Assembly: GCF_001194135.2 (NCBI RefSeq)
Contig: NC_068995.1
Span: 30,757,630-30,821,629, forward strand
Origin: Octopus bimaculoides
Lineage: Eukaryota
Direction of reading: 5' to 3'
Length of the DNA: 64,000 nucleotides
The notes below the pieces were generated by a model. It made no database searches. It worked only from the letters and a program-made list of their open reading frames with translations, and was not told the origin of the DNA. Shown here in pieces: positions 25,805 to 38,800 of the stretch. How positions within the stretch are numbered: the first letter of the stretch is position 1; each line of letters begins with the position of its first letter. The translations under genes were made by a program, and so were the position numbers.

Positions 25805-26192
25805 CACCCTACACTTCAGTCTGTCAAGCCTGCATAGATAAATACATTGATGAGTGAGTAGTTGTGAGTGTACTAATGACGTCGTAATGTACGTCAAATA
25901 CTAACACAGCGCGGTCACAAACTTATTCAGGTTTCAGTTAATCTAAGAAAACCTGTTTTGGTTTTTCAATTTCATATCTATTTTTGAAGAACTTTTGACA
26001 AACAGTGGAACGAGTCGTTAAGTGTGTGTGCGTGTATTTTCTTTTGCTTGCGTCAGCCATTAGACTGCAGCTCTGCTGGGGGAACAGCTTTAAGCCTGGT
26101 ACTTATTCGACTGGTTTCTTTTGCCAAACCGCTAAGTTGTACGTATGTACGTGTGGTGCCCTCTGGCTATGGCCGTTAATACAAGGCAATAA

Positions 26193-26247
<55 letters not shown>

Positions 26248-26850
26248 CAATGCGTCTCAGAGCTGCTGATGTCCCCTCCCTCCCAAAGACATGGTACCTC
26301 CCCTTTCTCTCTCACACTACCACCAGCTGACATTTTTCTCTCCCTGACAATTCCTAGTCGTTGCTTTGAAGCTATTTCTCATTAGTATTTCTATTTACCT
26401 TTAATCTAAAATACCTGTAATTAAGGACTTAAAGTAAATATAATCATCAGGTATAGGCGTGGCCACTGAACGTCATGACCAAGGAAAAGAGCATAGAATT
26501 GGGTGGGGTTCCCTGAATCCTTGTTTCCCCGTTTCATGCAACAGCGCTTACAATTCTGAATATTTTTCCAAACATTTCAATTTTTATATTTTTCCCTACC
26601 CCATCATCATCAATTCCGTGCCCTTTTCCTTTCCCATGAAGTAGCAATAGCCATTCCAAAACTCCGCCCTTAATTCAAAACCCCTAAAGTAAAATGTATG
26701 AAGACCATAACTTCCTAACTTTATAGTGCTTATTATAGAAAATAAATCCTAATATGAGAGGGAGAAAACGGAGAGAAATTAAGAGTTTTCAGAAGAAAAA
26801 AAAAATCAAGAACAAGACAGCTAAATGCCATAAAAATCTATAAAACAAAA

Positions 26851-26922
26851 TATGGCAAATATGACATTAACTGAGCTTTCAAGTTAATACTTGAAAGCTC
26901 AGTTAATGTCATATTTGCCATA
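26851..26922. repeat. Perfect 34 bp inverted repeat with 4 nt loop
   Basis: TATGGCAAATATGACATTAACTGAGCTTTCAAGT-TAAT-ACTTGAAAGCTCAGTTAATGTCATATTTGCCATA. Confidence 0.95.
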
Positions 26923-27434
26923 CTGAGATAAAAGGAGGTCAGCACACATCGACTTATTGCTGACATTAATCAACGAATTTTCCCACCATTGAAGTAGAAG
27001 GAAATAAGCGATGGAAAAGCCTTCAAAGAAATAAGTAAAAAAAATAAAGGTTTCAAATTATGGCAAAAGGCCAGCAATTTTTTTTAAAGGAGGGGTAAGT
27101 CGGTAACATTGACCCTAGCGGTACTTATCGACCTCGAAAAAATTAAAAGCAAAGTTTAACTCGGCAGAATTTGAAAAGCCGCTAATCATTTTGTCCGGTG
27201 CAGTAACGGTCCTGTCAGCACACAACCTTAATAGGAAAAACTAATAATAATGATTTTTTTTTTTTTAACGATGATAATAGGAAGGAATTTCGTTAAAACA
27301 GAAGTTTTAAAAGTTCAATGTTAGGTAAAGTTAGAGAAGAAGGAATAAAAATAGCTGTAAATTTGTAAGTTGCAGATGGGTAAGTATTTTGAAATCGCTT
27401 AAACGGAATAAACTGATAATATATAAATGGGGGT

Positions 27435-28254
27435 GGGGCAAAATGAGGTAGTTTTACTTATTTTTGACTGAGACAATATATTTTTTTACAAATGTTCACT
27501 ACCTTACAAAAACTATAACAGCTAAGCGAATGGCCTACCCTAAATGTATTAACTGCAATTATAACATAATTTGATCAATATTTCAGAAAATTATCGCCGT
27601 TCTTTTTGGGCTGGACCAAAATGAGTAAGCCAAGATAAATTTGCCGTTTCAATTCTCCAGAAAAGAAACATGCAAATCCATATCCATCAGAAACGCAAAA
27701 AGAGAAAAAAAATAATAGCTAGGCAAAATGAAAGATGAAGGTTTTTAATGGCACATGATACGAAATTAATGAAACTCGACTAAATAAAAAAAAAGAATTC
27801 AACATTAAATATTCTCTAAAGCTTCTTCACGATCTGCTGGAGTGTTCTCTTGGTGGTGTATTTAGCCATTACTCATTTTACCCCATTTTAGACGTCAATT
27901 TTTGAAACTTGAAAATTATCAAATTAGAAAAAATTGAGTTGGAATCCAACAGAGAAAAGAATATTGATTGTTAAACACCATAAATTATCCAGGTATTTTA
28001 TTACAATCAATTACAATTATCCAGATATTTTATTACAATCAATTACAATCGGGCGGAGTAAAAAATTTCTTGAAGAAAGAGGACCTGCCACCTGATTTAC
28101 GTTTCGGATTCCCTCAATTTCGACAACTATGCTGACAAATTTTTACTCCTAAATATAATGTAGCAATACAAAATAATGCAATACTTGCAATGTAATGATT
28201 TCAAATAGGCAGGGAAAAAAATAACGAGAAATCAAAAGCTACTCATTTTACCCC
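27435..28254. mobile_element. Putative non-autonomous DNA transposon with nested GGGGYAAAATGAGTA inverted motifs
   Basis: Motif forward at 27435 and ~27611, reverse at ~27868-27884 and 28239-28254. Confidence 0.5.
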
Positions 28255-28716
28255 GATTAGAAATTTTGCCTCCTCTTACCGTGCTCTAAAATAGAGAATA
28301 TTTTATGCCTAAATAATTCAAACTGTGCATCAGATAGGCAAGTTGGATAAAAACTTAGGTAAACAGAAACTTTAAATATTGAATTTCACAGGAAAATTTA
28401 TTCGAATCTAAGCGAAATATTCAAATTTCAGGGAAGAAAATGAAAGGCAAAGTAATAACATTCTTAAATATTGTAATAATTATCTAATCTATACCATTTA
28501 ATCAATTTGACAATTTTTTTTCCATCGTATTTAATTAACCTAATTATTAATTTGCTCTTAAGCGAAAAAAATTCCTACTACAAGTTCACCTATTTAGTAT
28601 TTCTTGAGTATTCAGGGGTTTTTGTTTTGTGTGTTTTCACATTGGAGATAAAGACAAATATCACAAGCACTTTTAACTCTCCCAGCTGTTTAGAAATATA
28701 GTTTATAATAGCTGAA

Positions 28717-28757
<41 letters not shown>

Positions 28758-28805
28758 GTGTGTGTGTGCGTGTGCGTGCGCACCACCAGCTTTCGATAAG
28801 ATATA

Positions 28806-30850
28806 TCATCATCGTTTAATGTCCAAGTTCCATGCATGGGTTGGACAGTTTGACAAGATAAAATGGCCCAAGGAATGCATCATGCTCCTGTGTCCGCTTT
28901 GATAGGATTTTATGGCTGGATGTCCCTCCTAATGCTGACCACTGGGTGCGTTTTGTATGCCGCCATCACTAACGAGGTTGCCATGCAGGTTGCAAGACTA
29001 CAAAAACCCGAGGGTCCAGCTTATGCAAGGAGGTGAGGGACGAAAGTATGAGAAGGAACCAGAGCAACAGAGGTTTCTTGCTGGAGAAAAGTTACACAAC
29101 TCACATTTTAGAAGAGAGGGTGGGAGTGATCGAGTAAAGTGGGAAGAGATAAAAATAGTGGTGATGAGGTATCAGGGTCGGCCTTCATAGTATGAAGTGG
29201 GTACGAGTTAGTGGGGCAGAAGGACCAACAGTGTGGATGGGTGGAGGTCGCAAGAGAGTAGGGGGGGGCGAAGAAAGTAGGCGACCACAAATGATGTAAT
29301 AGTTACTGAGGAAGTATATGTCGAGAATGGAAATGACATGAGAAAAATGATGTGGAGGTAGCAGGAATGGGTGAGGAAGAGAGAGAGAGATAAGCATGAT
29401 GAAGGTGAGAGGCATATTTTGATGGGGGAACCAAGTAACATCAAGGAAGAGCTGCAGTTAGAGAGATGATGAGTGGTGAGGTGAAAGGAAATTAGATAAA
29501 AGGCTCTGTTGTACACATGTACACACAGGGTGCTACTAGAACTCAAGTTTCACTAAGTGGACCAGTCTTTTTAAGAAACGCATATGGCTAAACATCCCAG
29601 TCTTCTGTGAGGTTCAGGGTCCTGACAGATCAGCATTGACAATGTTGTTCCATGTCTTCCAGGGTCTCCCTCTTCCACAAACTCATTGACTTTACACAGC
29701 TGTCCTCATCCATATGCATTTCTTGTCCATACTAGCGCAGTTTTCTTTCTTGCACACTACATCCAAATCCTATTTTACTTTGTTTTTCTTTCAGCACATT
29801 TCTACTTTGTCTTTCATGCATACTTATATTGCATATCCAATGAAGCATGTTGGTTTCATTTCTTTCCAATCTTCTCAAATCCTCTGCATTCAAGGCCCAT
29901 GTCTCACTACAATACAGCATTGCAAATTTTAACAGAAGTGTTATACAATCTGTCCTTCACTCTGAAGCAGCAGTTCTCAACCAGGATCCCTATAAGATTT
30001 TATTAAAGTTTTATGTGCAATAAATTGGTTATACTTCTATAATACACAAAATATTTTAATTTTTCTTTATACAATTCCTAATATTCCACAATAAAAATAG
30101 GATGCTTTTAGACATTGAATGACTATGAGGGTCCAGTAAGAGTAAACTAGGAACCAAAGAGGTCCAAAGGCAAAACAATGTTTGAAAACCACTTCTCTAA
30201 AGGAAAAGACCTTTGTTGCTTGCAGTGGTAGCAGCTTCCTGAACTTTTTCCAACCTATTCTTACTCTGGCTAGTATACTTTCAGAGCAACCACCTCTCTT
30301 GCTAATTACATGTCCTAGATAACAAAATCTATCAACTACTTCAAGTGAACCATCCAGGCATTTAAACTGACCATATCCAGACCAAATTTTCTATTTGTTT
30401 TATGTTAATCCTGGACAGATCTGGCCTCTCACACCTACCCTATAACATCATTCTAAAAATAAATAGTCACATCATGAACATCTCAAAGCTACAAGATAAT
30501 ACATGATTAACTGATAAAAATGTAAATAAATAAGCATTACATTTGACAAAATAATCTGGATGCTAATGGGTTAAGTGAAATTATTTCCAGGGTGTTTATA
30601 CTATGTACTGCACCAGTGCATCTCCCAGACATAAAGCTTACATTCTGAGGGTCTATCTGATTCCACTATACCTCATGTGCCCACAGCTTACATTAGGCAC
30701 AGCATATGGAGTTTATACCTGCACCTGTCCTACATATCAAACAAGGCCATTTCTCTGAAGATACCAAAGCTTTGTCTTTATTCCTACTTACTAAAAACTT
30801 AGTCTTTGCTACATTTATTTATATGTCATAAGGTTCTGTCTATGTGTCTA
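28806..30850 (-). mobile_element. Decayed RTE-clade LINE (RT C-terminus + 3' UTR + (GAT)n tail), interrupted by MITEs
   Basis: YLGHVISKRGGCSESILARVRIGWKKFR, AMLYCSETWAL..RRLERNE..MLHW.CN, and upstream KTKFLVS..KWPCLICRTG..CKLW.H; stops and frameshifts present. Confidence 0.85.
29968..30194. mobile_element. hAT MITE inserted in the RTE
   Basis: CAGCAGTTCTCAACC ... TTTGAAAACCACT termini, 8 bp TSD CTCTGAAG/CTCTAAAG; the RTE protein sequence resumes across it. Confidence 0.8.
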
Positions 30851-32329
30851 GCATCCCATTAAGTGGATGTTTGATGATTCTTCCCTTGGGTAGATAGATA
30901 TGATGGTGGACCAAGGAAGAAATTCATCATCCTTTCATGTTTACTTTGACAGGATCAAACAGGTCAGAAGACAGGTCTTGCTAAAATGTCTGTTTTTGGA
31001 ATGGTTTATATAACTGGATGCCTTTCCTAAAACCAACCACTTTACAGAGTGTACTGGGCACTGTTTTCACGGCACCAGTACTAGTGAGACCGCCTTGTTA
31101 CCAGCAAGACTAAACTAACATGAGCAATATTACACAATGGTCTTCCTTGACTATGCAAGAAATTAAGTGAAGAAACCTCAACTGTCTCTAAATTTGATGG
31201 AAATTTAAATCATGGCAAGAGTTCATCATAAATCGTGCAACCCTTCAGGAGTTAGCAAACCCAATGTACCATATCTTTAGTCTTTTTTGCCATTACCACC
31301 AAAATGTATTAATAAAATTAGCACCAAAATATTGCAGCCATAAGAGTTGTTTCTCAACTGCAGTTGCCATTTGTTGGCCGAACGTGTGCACGTATGTAAA
31401 AATGTATTATGCCATGTCTTGGTGCACATGTATTTGTAAAATGTGCTCTAGTAGGTAGATACATGCAAAAATATCAACTCGTACATGTCTACATGTGAGA
31501 GAAAATGTATCAATAATAATGTTATACAAAAACTTGCACAAGTGCATACATGTCTGTATGTAAAATGTGCTACAGTAGATCAAACATGTACAAGACCAAG
31601 TAAGACATGTTCATCTACTTGTCACTGTTTATCATGCTGACTATTTATACTTTGTATGTCTGTGTCACAATATCATGCTGACTGTATATACAATCTGTGT
31701 TACACTATAGCATGCTGACACTTCATGTGTTTATGTATGCATCGGTGTATCAACGTTGACCGTGTATAATGCTAAGAGTCTGTCCATGATAATTAGTACA
31801 AGTACATACCAGTATGTTTGACAGTGTATCTGAGTGTATGAATAGTGTGAGATTGTTGTGTATATATACTGTTGTATGTTATAGGTGGGTGTGAGAGAGT
31901 GATTGTCGCACGTGTATGTATGTGTGCTTTTCATGTGAACATTAGTGTCTCGTCGGGAGAAATTGTCAAGAGAGATAACTCTGGGGAAGCGGCCTGAAAG
32001 AATTTTATTTTTAAGATAACTTGCAATATTTATTTTGTGTCTGGAGAGAGTCGTTCTGTTTTAATGTGTTATTAACACACTCACCGGTTCGATTTCCAGA
32101 ATAACATTGTCTTAGTATCAAATGATATGAAAATTAAAATCGGCATCAATTGGAAATTGAAAACTTGTACTTTGTGCATTCAGATGGTCGGACTTCACCG
32201 TTTTCTTTCGACTGTTCTTGCTTTAACAGTGACATATTTTGTCTCCTAAATTATTTGTATTTAAGCAATTAAGAAAAGAGTCAACGACTATTGAAGAGGT
32301 TGCAATAAGCAGCGAAAATTTTAGGAAAA

Positions 32330-32957
32330 TAGGGGTTAATGTTTACTTTAACACCCAGCAACCAAAAGAAAAGTATAATAGGTGTAAAAAGAATGTGTAT
32401 TAAACAAATATGAAAACAAAAATTTGCACCAAACTAATCGGGGGATGGGGAGAGGATTTCGGAAAATTCACAAGATCCGATTTTTTCCCTAATTTTTAAG
32501 AAAATGGATATCTTCAATGAAATTTTATATAAACACCTTTCAAACAGCATATATTACGATTATAAAGAAATTTATGGGGAAACTTTTTTCCATTACGCTC
32601 AAGCANNNNNNNNNNNNNNNNNNNNNNNNNNNNNNNNNNNNNNNNNNNNNNNNNNNNNNNNNNNNNNNNNNNNNNNNNNNNNNNNNNNNNNNNNNNNNNN
32701 NNNNNNNNNNNNNNNNNNNNNNNNNNNNNNNNNNNNNNNNNNNNNNNNNNNNNNNNNNNNNNNNNNNNNNNNNNNNNNNNNNNNNNNNNNNNNNNNNNNN
32801 NNNNNNNNNNNNNNNNNNNNNNNNNNNNNNNNNNNCCCTTCTCCACCCCACGGTTCGTTGGCGCAATTTTTTTCAAATTTGTTTAATACATTTTTTTTTA
32901 CACCTATTACACTTGTTTTCCTTTTCGACTACCGGGTGTTAAATATTTCTCCTACTT
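32330..32957. mobile_element. MITE-like inverted repeat (~125 bp arms) spanning an N-gap
   Basis: 32330-32456 is similar to the reverse complement of 32837-32957. Confidence 0.55.
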
Positions 32958-34227
32958 AAGTAATTCCAATAAATAAGGATTTGTGTCAATACCAGATATA
33001 AGGCAATGTTTTGTTATTTTTTGTTGTTGTTTTTTTAACTCCAGAAAAGGAAAAAGAAAGTATAGTATGGCTCTCTTTCCTGAATACATATCTCACAAAG
33101 GTACATAAAATAATAAGTAGCTAAGGTCCTAAACTTAAGACATTACCTAACCACGCCTGACAACCAGAGTTAAATGGCTAACATATTCCCTTTAAGGCAA
33201 AGCTAGCATAAGTTAACTAGTCTTAATGATGGTGTAAAGTAATGAAAATAAAAACCTATAATAACAACATTACCTGTTATAATAGTTACCGATTTAGGTA
33301 AATTTTCAGAGGCTTGGGGGTGGGGAACTGGACGACAGTCAAACCCCCACCACCAAAAAAATTCCGAAAGTTCAGTCTTTGTGGGGATGATTGTGGTCCA
33401 ACTCCACCGGCTTGGGTAAGTCGATACCATCGACCACAGTGCTTCACTGGCATTTTAATTTATTCCCACGAAAAGATGAAAGACAAAGTTGACTCCAACA
33501 AAATTTGAACTCAGAACATCAAGTACCAGAGTAAATAATGTAAAGCTTTTTCTCCAATAGGCTAACGATTCTGCCAGTTGCCATAAACTTACCTATAACC
33601 ACGTATTTATTCGTTTCGTTAATTCAGGGAAGCCACTTTATACATACTGGGGATCTCATTTCTATTTAGTCAGAGATCACCGACACAGGCTAAAATGTGA
33701 GTGATATGATTTCGAAAAACCTGAAGATCTCTCTCTAATGGTGTTCAAAATTAAACCAATTCATCAAAGTGGAACCACTTTAAGCCTGATGGACGTATGT
33801 TAATGGCGTCATGAAATTCAGGCGGAGAGTTTGGGAGTGATCATTATACCTTACAATGATTTTAATATTCCAGTGTTTCACAAAATGAAAATGGCGATTC
33901 TGAAAAAAATAATAGTTTTTCCCAAAAATTTTAATTTTTCACATTTTTGCTCCTTTTTCCTTCTCCAAGCAATATGGGACTTTGAGGAATCTCGATTCCA
34001 AAAGTCTGTCGAAATTTGATAGTTTAACTTTTACAAAATGAACTAGTTTGTCAATATCGAGGGAAAAAGTTAACGAAAAATTATGACAACCTTAACAAAC
34101 GGTGATATATTGTAATCAATGTCATAGGGAAAGAGTATTCAAATGAAAACAACAACAACAAAACTTTCATTTTTTAAGGTTCGCCCATTTCGGTACACAA
34201 ATTAACAACACTGAAAATACAACTTAC

Positions 34228-34397
34228 CCCCATTTGTTAATTCCAACTTGCGAGGATCCAGCAAACCATGGGTCCAATGTGTAAATACAACGAAGAGTTG
34301 TGGCACCCTTCAAAGCTTCCATTAGCGCCGGGTTGTCGTGAAGACGCAACCCTTTGCGAAACCAATGAATGACATGTTTACCCGATTCATTAGACAT
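34228..34397 (-). CDS. cry2: Vertebrate-like (type II) cryptochrome, coding exon 1 ([25 protein letters not shown]...GINKW)
   Basis: Manual translation gives the [15 protein letters not shown] and [16 protein letters not shown] motifs of CRY1/2. 170 bp = 56 codons + 2 nt; GTAAGT donor at 34227-34222. Not in the ORF track. Confidence 0.95.
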
Positions 34398-35044
34398 AAT
34401 TGGGATGATGGTTTTTATGTAGATATAAATGCAATATTTGTTATTGAAAACTTGCTGCAGATGGTATGAGATTTATATAAAATAAATAGATAATAATGTG
34501 TTGTAAAGTGTGCAAGGAATTTAGATAGAGAGAGAGAGAGATGAACACGAAAACAACACTGATCAAATATTCCAATAGATATAAAGAATAAGTATTGTGA
34601 ATAAAAGTATAATCCAAAGGCTTTCCAGTGAATATTTGTTATGACCCAGACTGGTCACCGATTGTGTTGTGTAGTAAACGCCTCATTGTTGATGTGATTT
34701 GGATACTTATTTGAAAGGAAAAAATGTTAATCCTAAAACCGAATATCATAAAATATATCCAACTTCGCACTTGCTTTGTGGTTGTCTTCTTGCTATCGCT
34801 TCGACTTGCAGTCTTCATTCATACATTCACGCACGTTGTATGTTGTTTGTATAATGTCTGCGATGATTAGGAATGAATAATTAAGTCCAATATGAAATCA
34901 TTGACTTAGTGTAGAAGTGATGAAAATGATGAGACACCCTAAAAGACATCAAGTGTGTGTAACGTTCTTAAAAAAAAGAAAGCATAACCCCGACACTGTT
35001 GGCGGAGTGAGGGAAAGGGAGGGATATGATTAGTCGGTGGGGAG

Positions 35045-35069
35045 CACGTGATTTACTAAAAGTCACGTT
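35045..35069 (-). promoter_or_regulatory. Tandem E'-box (AACGTG) - 13 nt - E-box (CACGTG) in the cry proximal promoter; a further E'-box at 34832-34837
   Basis: Plus strand reads CACGTG atttactaaaagt CACGTT, ~650 bp upstream of the ATG in a CpG-richer segment. E-boxes are CLOCK:BMAL1 sites. Confidence 0.7.
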
Positions 35070-35469
35070 GCATCGTCCGTGTTAGTGGTTGTGAAATTCA
35101 CCGTTTTACTACACTGCTGCTGTGAAGTGCAGCCTATTCATTTAATTGACTTCGTTTGTTGCTTTCCTTCTTCTTCTTTTCATGTAGACATACTGTGTAA
35201 GTTTGTCGAAAGTCGTCGCACTATATTATTTTGACAGTTACATTTAACTTGTTGTTTAGCAGCTGGTCAGCTTTGACTGAACAAACTTAGGATCAAAGAC
35301 CTAGCCACAACCACCTTTTTATTTGTTCATTTAAAACTACATGATCCAATGCATGGAACCATTTTTTTAAAAGTTGATAGTGTGTTTTAATGTGGCTGCT
35401 TTCCTTATTGATTGTATGTGTATTGTGTGTGTGTGTGGAAGAAGAAGAGATAGTGCTCATGACCGTGCA

Positions 35470-36520
35470 GGTCGTTAATGTTCTACTTAAACGGTTACAG
35501 GTCAACACCTGCGGGGAAACATGAGCGAGAAGAAAATTCTAGAAGGCTGACGTTCGGGGAAGTAAGGACTGAGCATAATGGCTAGTGCAGAGCCAGGTAA
35601 ATGGACGTAACAACAGTAACGAGAGATGGGCGCAACGAGTGAGTCGGCAGTCTCGGAGGTACAAGACAAGCCAGCACCGTGAAACATATAATTACGGTGG
35701 CGATAGAAAATAAAAACACCTATATGGGCCAGTGGTTGGAACCTATCAATTAGTGATTGCATCTCAATCGAGTGACCCTTTTCTGATGCGAACTAGCACA
35801 TCTATATGCAAAGCAGCGACACCGTGCCAAATATGGGACCAAGTATTCTATTGTGGCCCCCTTTTAAGCTTTGAAGAGTATCAGCAGCAGTTTGAGACTG
35901 AAATATTTCCTGACTTTGAAAAGAAGAGCCAGTTTTTGAGATGCAGCCCTAGCTATGATAAGGTGCTTTCGCCAAGAGAGATCCTCAGTAGTAGTTGGGA
36001 CTAGCATTTGGAGCATATGTGAAGGCTCCGACTGAGTGCTGCCTATGTTTTCGGGGAGGTATGGTGTATGTCTGTTTTCTTCGTATGAGTAGTGCTTGAG
36101 ATTTGGTTTTAAGTTGAATAAGATTGGTTTCACCGCACTGAAAATGCTCTCGAGGTCTCCGTTTATGGAATCAAGGCAGATTTAGTATGTGGCGTTTAGG
36201 TTGCGTGTGGATGATGCATAACCGGTGAAAGTTAGGAAGGATTGAAGGGCCACAAAGTTTGCAAAAGTATGGGCGTTGTTGAATGTGGCGCTAAGTAGGT
36301 TTTGAAGGAAAAGAGTGAGGGTCAGAACCGAACCCGGGTAACATCAGAGTTGACTGAGAGTGGTACAGGAACAGGTCTGTCAACACATGCTACAATACTG
36401 GATAGCGCGACCAGATAGGGGGCTACCGATCGAAGAGAGGAGTGGGGCCCGTAGATAAAAAGTGTTGATACAAGATCTGCATGCTGGATCTTTCCAATGT
36501 TTTGATGATGACTATGGCAA
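35470..36520 (-). mobile_element. Decayed CR1-like LINE reverse transcriptase
   Basis: Remnants of VNSGVPQGSVL, WRKH...AASQKLALLFKVRKYFS, QPLAH...FY in ORFs 35864-36133 and 35502-35762. Confidence 0.8.
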
Positions 36521-38185
36521 TAAAATTACTTCATCTGGAATGTTTGAGTTCGAAAGTCAAAACCGCTGGCAAATAATATTACTACATTCGGTATAATGTT
36601 GACCAAAGATAATATCCACAAACGATTAATAATATTGGACCAGAGCTAATTTTGATTATATCCTTGAACTCCATTATAACACCTATTGAGACATTTTTTC
36701 CAGCCAATCGTCTTCGGCGCCAGTTTTCGGTAGGTGTTAACAAATAAGAAAAGTTTAATCTTGCACCTAAAGGTCCCATGGAATATTCTAGAACTTTTTA
36801 ACAAGCTTGAAAGAAAATCAGGGTTCAGCGATCTATCTTATTGACCCAAAGTCTATGTATCTTTAGACCTACGCTTGCAGAGAAATTTTTCATCCTTCAA
36901 AGTTCTCACTAAGATAAAGGTTGGTACTGATGTCATCATTGGTGTTGTCTTCAGAAGGTAAACAACAGTAAGGAATTTCGACCCACATTCTGACAATAAC
37001 GCAAAACCATAACCCTGTATTGCTAAAGATGAATAACGCAGTTGACATCAGTGATATTTGAACTCAAACATCTAAGAAAAATAGCATATTTATTTTTCTG
37101 GCGCTTTATCAACTCTGCCAGTTGAAGGTTCATTCGTTTTGTTTGTTTAATTGATATAGACATATACTCATAGCACCGAATTCGGGTTGAAATGTGCACA
37201 CCCGGTGGTTCGATATATTATTTAGATGAACTAGGTTTCTACTGCCTAGGGTCATATAACATATCTATAATATACATACACGTGCATACACACACATACA
37301 TGCATATGAATACTCACAGAAGCAAACATTGCGCGCGCGCACACAGATACAGACATGCACACAGAAATTCACACATACTTAGGAAATTTTTTAGACATGG
37401 ACTTTGAGTTTCGCTTGGCAGTTTATTCAGGTGAAAGTGTTCAGGTGAAAATTGAACTTTCACCTGATCAAACGAATTTTCTAAATTTGACTCGTAGTAG
37501 TGATATCACTATCAGTAGGTATCTTCTTTTCTTTTTTCTACACACATACACAAACTCATATACATGTATGTGTGTGTGTACATGTGTGCGTGAAAAGGTG
37601 GAAGAGAAGGACACCAAAGGAACTTGAAAGAGAAAACCAAAATACAGCACAAACTTGTGTAAAGGTCTATCAGACTGGCAGTCAATACAATTTCGATACC
37701 AATAACAATATTGTTGTATCCAGCGATTTCAAACATGTTTCAGCTGCCAGAGGGTAGACAAGTGCACGCGAATATCGAACAAGTATAGGGAAAATAATTG
37801 TGTTCGAGGATGGTAACAAAAGTACTACAAAACAAAACAGAGATTGTAAGTGGTCGGTCTTTTGACAGAAACGATACTGTTGAAGCCATATCTGTGCAGT
37901 TCTTCAAGTAATAACATATTCTCCGTACACAGCATAAATGTCGCGAGTGATTTTGTCACTGTGAGAAACGTGATCGAAAATGAAGAGAAGCAGGTGCCAA
38001 AACTGGTCATCATTTACTACTTGGCACGCCATCGTCATATGCCTGAAAAGTAAAATTTATTAAAATTTTATAAATGCTACACAAAAATTGTTGAGAAGTA
38101 AAACCAAAAGACTCATCACAAACACGTGAATTTATACATATTTGTAGTTTTTATACGTCGTTTTGCGTAATTCTTTTTTAATTTA

Positions 38186-38800
38186 ATTGGAAATAAACTG
38201 ACTTTAGCGAGAGCAACAACTGTTATTAACGAAACACAGGGTTCGTGGAAACTTATAGTTGTTTTGTATTATTAATACTTTTCTTAACAGATGCGGAAAA
38301 ATAAAAACAAATTTCAAGCTACCCTAGAAGATCGCATAAAAAACATTCCTTCTTTTATATGAACCGTTCTGTAATGACGTCACTACATTAGAAATAAGTT
38401 TTATGTTATCTTCTTCGTAAATATTATTACATGAATTAAAATCGACACTGCATACAAACATGTATCTATACTCAATGGAATTCATAAAATATGATTTGTA
38501 GCAAAGAAGAAAAAAATATTTAAAAGGTGTAAAGCAAATTAATGAGTTCAGTAATAGTGTTTCTTGGTCGCAATTCATGAAACACGTGCATGAAACGTGA
38601 CAACATCAAGGTCAATGTTTTTTTATCAGCTCAATTCAGTCTGGCCACCAACCTTAATTTCATAATGTTTTTTCCTCTGCTCACGTTTTGTTAACGCTTT
38701 GCCGCTGTTACTAATTCACTTGTTTCCAATTAATTTTAAACACAAAGTTTATTTCATACTGTATGTTTTAAGTTTCTATTCGTTATATTTTCCTTTGCTC
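38186..38800 (+). repeat. Duplicated segment, copy 1 (core almost identical to 55304-55918)
   Basis: Constant offset 17118; identical 84 aa spurious ORFs at 38324 and 55442; only one substitution noticed in the core; diverged homology continues ~60 bp left and ~120 bp right. Confidence 0.95.

Noticed and set aside
36582-36779. ORF checked as an upstream cry exon
   Set aside because: No CRY similarity; the real N-terminus is at 34397.
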